A stretch of DNA of 58,943 nt. It comes from Utricularia gibba. Taxonomy: Eukaryota; Plantae; Magnoliophyta. Both the position numbers and the translations under genes were made by a program. The DNA lies in the NCBI GenBank assembly GCA_002189035.1, contig NEEC01000258.1:1-58943 (forward strand). The letters are read 5' to 3'. The first letter of the stretch is position 1, and each line of letters starts with the position of its first letter. Positions 50,292-58,943 of this stretch are shown piece after piece. The notes under the pieces were generated by a model. The model saw only the letters and a program-made list of their open reading frames with translations. It was not told the DNA's origin and did no database searches.

Positions 50292-53200
50292 ACTTACTTT
50301 ATACTTGAGGAGGCGGTCTTGGGGTGCACCTAGAACGGGACAAAGGTCAGGTTTGGCTTGCGCCGAGAGTTAGTTGTAGCTCGGAAAATAAAGTGATGTA
50401 TTTATTAACGTTCAGTTTTGGGGGCTGCCTACATGGTTTTTCAAGGAACAGCTTCTCGTTTTTGTGGCGGCCAGTCTCGCTGGGAACTTGGTCCTTGACC
50501 CCGATTATGTATGGCTCATGAGGTCAACCGGATGGAAATCGATTAAAGAAAATGATGCCTTTGTTTAAATTACGATATCACGTGCACCCACATGATTTTT
50601 TCAACAACTTACTTTATACTTGAGGAGGCGGTCTTGGGGTGCACCTGGAACGGGACAAAGGTCAGGTTTGGCTTGCGCCGAGAGTTAGTTGTAGCTCGGC
50701 AAATAAAGTGATGTATTTATTAACGTTCAGTTTTTCGGGGGCTGCCTACATGGTTTTTCAAGGAACAGCTTCTCGTTTTGTGGCGGCCAGTCTCGCTAGG
50801 AAACTTGGTCGGGCCCCGATTCTTTATGGCTCATGAGGTCAACCGGATGGAAATCGATTAAAGAAAATGATGCCTTTCTTTAAATTACGATATCACGTGC
50901 ACCCCACATGATTTTTTCAACAACTTGCTTTATACTTGTGGAGGCGGTCTTGGGGTGCACCTGGAACGGGACAAAGGTCAGGTTTGGCTTGCGCTAGAGT
51001 TAGTTGTAACACGGAAAATAAAGTGATGTATTTATTAACGTTCAGTTTTTGGGGGCTACCTACATGGTTTTTCAAGAACAGCTTCTCTCGTTTTGTGGCG
51101 GCCAGTCTCGCTGGGAACTTGGTCCTTGACCCGATTATGTATTGCTCATGAGGTCAACCGGATGCAAATTGATTAAAAAAAATGATGCCTTTGTTTAAAT
51201 TACGATATCACGTGCACCCCACATGATTTTTTCAACAACTTGCTTTATACTTGAGGAGGCGGTCTTGGGTGCACCTAGAACGGGACAAAGGTCAGGTTTG
51301 GCTTGCGTTGAGAGTTAGTTGTAGCTCGGAAAATAAAGTGATGTATTTATTAACGTTCAGTTTTGGGGGGCTGCCTACATGGTTTTTCAAGGAACAGCTT
51401 CTCGTTTTGTGGCGGCCAGTCTCGCTGGGAACTTGGTCCTTGACCCCGATTATGTATTGCTCATGAGGTCAACCGGATGCAAATTGATTAAAAAAAATGA
51501 TGCCATTGTTTAAATTACGATATCACGTGCACCCCACATGATTTTTTCAACAACTTACTTTATACTTGAGGAGGCGGTCTTGGGGTGCACCTAGAACGGG
51601 ACAAAGGTCAGTTTTGGCTTGCGCCGAGAGTTAGTTGTAGCCCGGCAAAGAAAGTGATGTATTTATTAACGTTCGGTTTTCGGGGGCTGCCTACATGGTT
51701 TTTCAAGGAACAGCTTCTCGTTTTGTGGCGGCCAGTCTCGCTGGAACTTGGTCGGGCCCCGATTCTTATGGCTCATGAGGTCAACCGGATGGAAATCGAT
51801 TAAAGAAAATGATGCCTTTCTTTAAATTACGATATCACGTGCACCCCACATGATTTTTTCAACAACTTGCTTTATACTTGTGGAGGCGGTCTTGGGGTGC
51901 ACCTGGAACGGGACAAAGGTCAGGTTTGGCTTGCGCCTAGAGTTAGTTGTAACACGGAAAATAAAGTGATGTATTTATTAACGTTCAGTTTTTGGGGGGC
52001 TACCTACATGGTTTTTCAAGAAACAGCTTCTCGTTTTGTGGCGGCCAGTCTCGCTGGGAACTTGGTCCTGGACCCCGATTCTGTATGGCTCATGAGGTCA
52101 ACCGGATGGAAATCGATTAAAAAAATGATGCCTTTCTTTTAAATTACGATATCACGTGCACCCCACATGATTTTTTCAACAACTTGCTTTATACTTGAGG
52201 AGGCGGTCTTGGGGTGCACCTGAACGGGACAAAGGTCAGGTTTGGCTTGCGAGAGTTAGTTTAACTCGGAAAATAAAGTGATGTATTTATTAACGTTCAG
52301 TTTTGGGGGCTGCCTACATGGTTTTTCAAGGAACAGCTTCTCGTTTTGTGGCGGCCAGTCTCGCTGGGAACTTGGTCCTTGACCCCGATTATGTATTGCT
52401 CATGAGGTCAACCGGATGCAAATTGATTAAAAAAAAAATGATGCCTTTGTTTAAATTACGATATCACGTGCACCCCACATGATTTTTTCAACAACTTACT
52501 TTATACTTGAGGAGGCGGTCTTGGGGTGCACCTAGAACGGGACAAAGGTCAGGTTTGGCTTGCGCCGAGAGTTAGTTGTAGCTCGGCAAATAAAGTGATG
52601 TATTTATTAACGTTCAGTTTTGGGGCTGCCTACATGGTTTTTCAAGGAACAGCTTCTCGTTTTGTGGCGGCCAGTCTCGCTGGGAACTTGGTCCTAGACC
52701 CCGATTCTGTATGGCTCATGAGGTCAACCGGATGGAAATCGATTAAAGAAAATGATGCCTTTCTTTAAATTACGATATCACGTGCACCCCACATGATTTT
52801 TTCAACAACTTGCTTTATACTTGTGGAGGCGGTCTTGGGGTGCACCTGGAACGGGACAAAGGTCAGGTTTGGCTTGCGAGAGAGTTAGTTGTAACACCGG
52901 AAATAAAGTGATGTATTTATTAACGTTCAGTTTTTGGGGGCTACCTACATGGTTTTTCAAGAACAGCTTCTCGTTTTGTGGCGGCCAGTCTCACTAGGAA
53001 CTTGGTCGGGCCCCCGATTCTTTATGGCTCATGAGGTCAACCGGATGGAAATCGATTAAAGAAAATGATGCCTTTCTTTAAATTACGATATCACGTGCAC
53101 CCCACATGATTTTTTCAACAACTTGCTTTATACTTGTGGAGGCGGTCTTGGGGTGCACCTGGAACGGGACAAAGGTCAGGTTTGGCTTGCGCCTAGAGTT

Positions 53201-56200
53201 AGTTGTAACACGGCAAATAAAGTGATGTATTTATTAACGTTCAGTTTTTGGGGCTAGGTTTTTCAAGAAACAGCTTCTCGTTTTGTGGCGGCCAGTCTCG
53301 CTGGGAACTTGGTCCTTGACCCGATTATGTATTGCTCATGAGGTCAACCGGATGCAAATTGATTAAAAAAAATGATGCCTTGTTTAAATTACGATATCAC
53401 GTGCACCCCACATGATTTTTTCAACAACTTACTTTATACTTGAGGAGGCGGTCTTGGGTGCACCTAGAACGGGACAAAGGTCAGGTTTGGCTTGCGTTGA
53501 GAGTTAGTTGTAGCTCGGAAAATAAAGTGATGTATTTATTAACGTTCAGTTTTGGGGGGCTGCCTACATGGTTTTTCAAGGAACAGCTTCTCGTTTTGTG
53601 GCGGCCAGTCTCGCTGGGAACTTGGTCCTTGACCCCGATTATGTATTGCTCATGAGGTCAACCGGATGCAAATTGATTAAAAAAAATGATGCTTTGTTTA
53701 AATTACGATATCACGTGCACCCCACATGATTTTTCACAACTTACTTTATACTTGAGGAGGCGGTCTTGGGTGCACCTAGAACGGGACAAAGGTCAGGTTT
53801 GGCTTGCGCCGAGAGTTAGTTGTAGCTCGGAAAATAAAGTGATGTATTTATTAACGTTCAGTTTTTGGGGGCTGCCTACATGGTTTTCAAGGAACAGCTT
53901 CTCGTTTTTGTGGCGGCCAGTCTCGCTGGGAACTTGGTCCTTGACCCCGATTATGTATGGCTCATGAGGTCAACCGGATGGAAATCGATTAAAAAAAATG
54001 CCTTTGTTTAAATTACGATATCACGTGCACCCACATGATTTTTTCAACAACTTACTTTATACTTGAGGAGGCGGTCTTGGGGTGCACCTGGAACGGGACA
54101 AAGGTCAGGTTTGGCTTGCGCCGAGAGTTAGTTGTAGCCGACAAAGAATGTGATGTATTTCTTAACGTTCGGTTTTCGGGGCTGCCTACATGGTTTTTCA
54201 AGGACAGCTTCTCGTTTTGTGGCGGCCAGTCTCGCTAGGAACTTGGTACGGGCCCCCGATTCTTTATGGCTCATGAGGTCAACCGGATGGAAATCGATTA
54301 AAGAAAATGATGCCTTTCTTTAAATTACGATATCACGTGCACCCCACATGATTTTTTCAACAACTTGCTTTATACTTGTGGAGGCGGTCTTGGGGTGCAC
54401 CTGGAACGGGACAAAGGTCAGGTTTGGCTTGCGCCTAGAGTTAGTTGTAACACGGAAAATAAAGTGATGTATTTATTAACGTTCAGTTTTGGGGGCTACC
54501 TACATGGTTTTTCAAGAAACAGCTTCTCGTTTTGTGGCGGCCAGTCTCGCTGGGAACTTGGTCCTTGACCCGATTATGTATTGCTCATGAGGTCAACCGG
54601 ATGCAAATTGATTAAAAAAAATGATGCCTTTGTTTAAATTACGATATCACGTGCACCCCACATGATTTTTTCAACAACTTGCTTTATACTTGAGGAGGCG
54701 GTCTTGGGGTGCACCTAGAACGGGACAAAGGTCAGGTTTGGCTTGCGTTGAGATTTAGTTGTAACTCGGAAAATAAAGTGATGTATTTATTACGTTCAGT
54801 TTTGGGGGGCTGCCTAGATGGTTTTTCAAGGAACAGCTTCTCGTTTTGTGGCGGCCAGTCTCGCTGGAACTTGGTCCTTGACCCCGATTATGTATTGGCT
54901 CATGAGGTCAACCGGATGCAAATTGATAAAAAAAATGATGCCATTGTTTAAATTACGATATCACGTGCACCCCACATGATTTTTTTCAACAACTTACTTT
55001 ATACTTGAGGAGGCGGTCTTGGGGTGCACCTAGAACGGTTTGGCTTGCGCCGAGAGTTAGTTGTAGCCGAAAAAATGTGATGTATTTCTTAACGTTCGTT
55101 TTTTGGGGCTGCCTACATGGTTTTTCAAGGTACAGCTTCTCGTTTTGTGGCGGCCAGTCTCACTGGAACTTGGTACGGGCCCCCGATTCTTTATGGCTCA
55201 TGAGGTCAACCGGATGGAAATCGATTAAAGAAAATGATGCCTTTCTTTAAATTACGATATCACGTGCACCCACATGATTTTTTCAACAACTTGCTTTATA
55301 CTTGTGGAGGCGGTCTTGGGGTGCACCTGGAACGGGACAAAGGTCAGGTTTGGCTTGCGCCTAGAGTTAGTTGTAACGGAAATAAAGTGATGTATTTATT
55401 AACGTTCAGTTTTTGGGGGCTACCTACATGGTTTTTCAAGAAACAGCTTCTCGTTTTGTGGCGGCCAGTCTCGCTGGGAACTTGGTCCTTGACCCCGATT
55501 ATGTATTGCTCATGAGGTCAACCGGATGCAAATTGATTAAAAAAAATGATGCCTTTGTTTAAATTACGATATCACGTGCACCCCACATGATTTTTTCAAC
55601 AACTTACTTTATACTTGAGGAGGCGGTCTTGGGGTGCACCTAGAACGGGACAAAGGTCAGGTTTGGCTTGCGTTGAGAGTTAGTTGTAGCTCGGAAAATA
55701 AAGTGATGTATTTATTAACGTTCAGTTTTGGGGGCTGCCTACATGGTTTTTCAAGGAACAGCTTCTCGTTTTGTGGCGGCCAGTCTCGCTGGGAACTTGG
55801 TCCTTGACCCCGATTATGTATGCTCATGAGGTCAACCGGATGCAAATGATTAAAAAAATGATGCCTTTGTTTAAATTACGATATCACGTGCACCACATGA
55901 TTTTTTCAACAACTTACTTTATACTTGAGGAGGCGGTCTTGGGTGCACCTAGAACGGGACAAAGGTCAGGTTTGGCTTGCGCCGAGAGTTAGTTGTAGCT
56001 CGGAAAATAAAGTGATGTATTTATTAACGTTCAGTTTTTGGGGGCTGCCTACATGGTTTTTCAAGGAACAGCTTCTCGTTTTGTGGCGGCCAGTCTCGCT
56101 GGGAACTTGGTCCTTGACCCGATTATGTATGGCTCATGAGGTCAACCGGATGGAAATCGATTAAAGAAAATGATGCCTTTGTTTAAATTACGATATCACG

Positions 56201-58943
56201 TGCACCCACATGATTTTTTCAACAACTTACTTTATACTTGAGGAGGCGGTCTTGGGGTGCACCTGGAACGGGACAAAGGTCAGGTTTGGCTTGCGCCGAG
56301 AGTTAGTTGTAGCAAAAAAAGTGATGTATTTATTAACGTTCAGTTTTTGGGGGCTACCTACATGGTTTTTCAAGGACAGCTTCTCGTTTTGTGGCGGCCA
56401 GTCTCGCTGGAACTTGGTAATTCTGTATGGCTCATGAGGTCAACCGGATGGAAATCGATTAAAGAAAATGATGCCTTTCTTTAAATTACGATATCACGTG
56501 CACCCCACATGATTTTTTCAACAACTTGCTTTATACTTGTGGAGGCGGTCTTGGGGTGCACCTGGAACGGGACAAAGGTCAGGTTTGGCTTGCGCCGAGA
56601 GTTAGTTGTAACACGGAAAATAAAGTGATGTATTTATTAACGTTCAGTTTTTGGGGGGCTACCTACATGGTTTTTCAAGAACAGCTTCTCGTTTTGTGGC
56701 GGCCAGTCTCGCTGGGAACTTGGTCCTTGACCCCGATTCTGTATGCTCATGAGGTCAACCGGATGCAAATCGATTAAAAAAAAATGATGCCTTTGTTTAA
56801 ATTACGATATCACGTGCACCCCACATGATTTTTTCAACAACTTGCTTTATACTTGAGGAGGCGGTCTTGGGGCACCTAGAACGGGACAAAGGTCAGGTTT
56901 GGCTTGCGCCGAGATTTAGTTGTAACTCGGAAAATAAAGTGATGTATTTATTAACGTTCAGTTTTGGGGGGCTGCCTACATGGTTTTTCAAGGAACAGCT
57001 TCTCGTTTTGTGGCGGCCAGTCTCGCTGGGAACTTGGTCCTTGACCCCGATTATGTATGCTCATGAGGTCAACCGGATGGAAATCGATTAAAGAAAATGA
57101 TGCCTTTGTTTAAATTACGATATCACGTGCACCCACATGATTTTTTCAACAACTTACTTTATACTTGAGGAGGCGGTCTTGGGGTGCACCTAGAACGGGA
57201 CAAAGGTCAGGTTTGGCTTGCGCGAGAGTTAGTTGTAGCCCGAAAATAAGTGATGTATTTATTAACGTTCAGTTTTCGGGGGCTGCCTACATGGTTTTTC
57301 AAGGAACAGCTTCTCGTTTTGTGGCGGCCAGTCACTGGAACTTGGTCGGGCCCCGATTCTGTATGCTCATGAGGTCAACCGGATGGAAATCGATTAAAGA
57401 AAATGATGCCTTTCTTTAAATTACGATATCACGTGCACCCACATGATTTTTTCAACAACTTGCTTTATACTTGTGGAGGCGGTCTTGGGGTGCACCTGGA
57501 ACGGGACAAAGGTCAGGTTTGGCTTGCGCTAGAGTTAGTTGTAACCGGAAAATAAAGTGATGTATTTATTAACGTTCAGTTTTTGGGGGCTACCTACATG
57601 GTTTTTCAAGGAACAGCTTCTCGTTTTGTGGCGGCCAGTCTCGCTGGGAACTTGGTCCTTGACCCGATTATGTATTGCTCATGAGGTCAACCGGATGCAA
57701 ATTGATTAAAAAAAATGATGCCTTTGTTTAAATTACGATATCACGTGCACCCCACATGATTTTTTCAACAACTTGCTTTATACTTGAGGAGGCGGTCTTG
57801 GGGTGCACCTGGAACGGGACAAAGGTCAGGTTTGGCTTGCGCCGAGAGTTAGTTGTAGCTCGGAAAATAAAGTGATTTATTTATTAACGTTCAGTTTTGG
57901 GGGCTGCCTACATGGTTTTTCAAGGAACAGCTTCTCGTTTTGGGCGGCGAGTCTCGCTGGGAACTTGGTCCTTGACCCCGATTATGTATGGCTCGTGAGG
58001 TCAACCGGATGGAAATCGATTAAAGAAAATGATGCCTTTGTTTAAATTACGATATCACGTGCACCCTACATGATTTTTTCAACAACTTACTTTATACTTG
58101 AGGAGGCGGTCTTGGGGTGCACCTGGAACGGGACAAAGGTCAGGTTTGGCTTGCGCCGAGAGTTAGTTGTAGCTCGGAAAATAAAGTGATGTATTTATTA
58201 ACGTTCAGTTTTTGGGGGCTACCTACATGGTTTTTCAAGGAAGCTTCTCGTTTTGTGGCGGCCAGTCTCGCTAAAACTTGGTCCCCCCGATTCTTTATGG
58301 CTCATGAGGTCAACCGGATGGAAATCGATTAAAGAAATGATGCCTTTCTTTAAATTACGATATCACGTGCACCCCACATGATTTTTTTCAACAACTTGCT
58401 TTATACTTGAGGAGGCGGTCTTGGGGTGCACCTGGAACGGGACAAAGGTCAGGTTTGGCTTGCGCCTAGAGTTAGTTGTAACACGGAAAATAAAGTGATG
58501 TATTTATTAACGTTCAGTTTTTGGGGGCTGCCTACATGGTTTTTCAAGAAACAGCTTCTCGTTTTGTGGCGGCCAGTCTCGCTGGGAACTTGGTCCTTGA
58601 CCCCGATTATGTATTGCTCATGAGGTCAACCGGATGCAAATTGATTAAAAAAAATGATGCCTTTGTTTAAATTACGATATCACGTGCACCACATGATTTT
58701 TTCAACAACTTACTTTATACTTGAGGAGGCGGTCTTGGGGTGCACCTGAACGGGACAAAGGTCAGGTTTGGCTTGCGCCGAGAGTTAGTTGTAGCTCGGC
58801 AAATAAAGTGATGTATTTATTAACGTTCAGTTTTTGGGGGCTGCCTACATGGTTTTTCAAGGAACAGCTTCTCGTTTTGTGGCGGCCAGTCTCGCTGGGA
58901 ACTTGGTCCTGACCCCGATTCTGTATGGCTCATGAGGTCAACC

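Larger units (their letters stand above)
1..58943. repeat. Tandem satellite DNA array, ~310-317 bp monomer, all copies in the same orientation; array runs off both window ends
   Basis: Landmarks GTGATGTATTTATT, CCTACATGGTTTTTCAAGGA, CTTCTCGTTTTGTGGCGGCCAGTCTCGCT, GCTCATGAGG and CACGTGCACCCCACATGATTTTT recur in fixed order throughout. ACTTACT restarts at 1 and 314, at 42180 and 42494, and at 49978 and 50292. Confidence 0.99.
46941..58943. repeat. Domain 3: family C monomers arranged in 3- and 4-monomer HORs
   Basis: Diagnostic GGTCAGG, TTAACGTTCAGTTTT, GTCAACCGGATG and ATGATGCCT appear only from ~46965 on. The subtype marker CTTGTGGAGG recurs at ~0.93 or ~1.24 kb spacing. Confidence 0.88.

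Noticed and set aside
346-58912. The ORF track (e.g. MHLERDKG...VSCSPANKVMYLL..., 60-145 aa)
   Set aside because: All are the same monomer in shifting frames, many with GTG/TTG starts. They are broken by stops and homopolymer indels in each copy, no frame is preserved, and I recognise no protein domain.
1-58943. CRISPR array or cassette/variable-repeat system (constant blocks alternating with variable blocks)
   Set aside because: The variable parts are a few recurring alleles rather than unique spacers, the period is ~314 bp, and there are no cas, reverse transcriptase or recombinase genes.
1-58943. Rolling-circle concatemer of a viroid-sized (~315 nt) circle
   Set aside because: One template would give random errors around one sequence, not three families with ordered HORs and domains. 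No extensive rod-like self-complementarity is apparent by eye.
21371-58943. Length variation in A, T, G and C homopolymers as biological polymorphism
   Set aside because: Scattered +/-1-2 nt changes are typical long-read error, so I did not rely on them for typing where substitutions were available.
1-58943. tRNA, 5S/rRNA spacer, SINE or transposon origin of the monomer
   Set aside because: No recognisable cloverleaf, Pol III A/B boxes, rRNA sequence, terminal repeats with target duplications or transposase. Remote ancestry cannot be excluded without a database search.

Overview
The whole 58.9-kb window is one uninterrupted head-to-tail tandem array of a ~310-317 bp monomer (roughly 190-200 copies; ~45% GC by hand count of one monomer). 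I see no unique sequence, no inversion and no credible gene; the ORF track is only this monomer read in different frames. It looks like eukaryotic satellite DNA, but the organism cannot be named from sequence alone. The array is hierarchical. (i) The monomer appears to be an ancient dimer of ~157-bp halves. (ii) There are three monomer families, which I call A, B and C. (iii) There are three domains: ~1-21.4 kb, mostly alternating B-A and riddled with small deletions; ~21.4-46.9 kb, single B units punctuating runs of ordered A subtypes; ~46.95-58.9 kb, family C in 3/4-mer higher-order repeats (HORs), nearly all carrying one monomer with a B-like tract. I find no protein-coding or CRISPR-like novel system. 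The best candidate for new biology is a possibly centromeric or pericentromeric HOR satellite in which a B-type unit persists as punctuation across all domains. Much of the irregularity, especially at 1-21 kb, looks like long-read consensus error and needs checking against raw reads. Monomer boundaries and counts were read by eye and are approximate.
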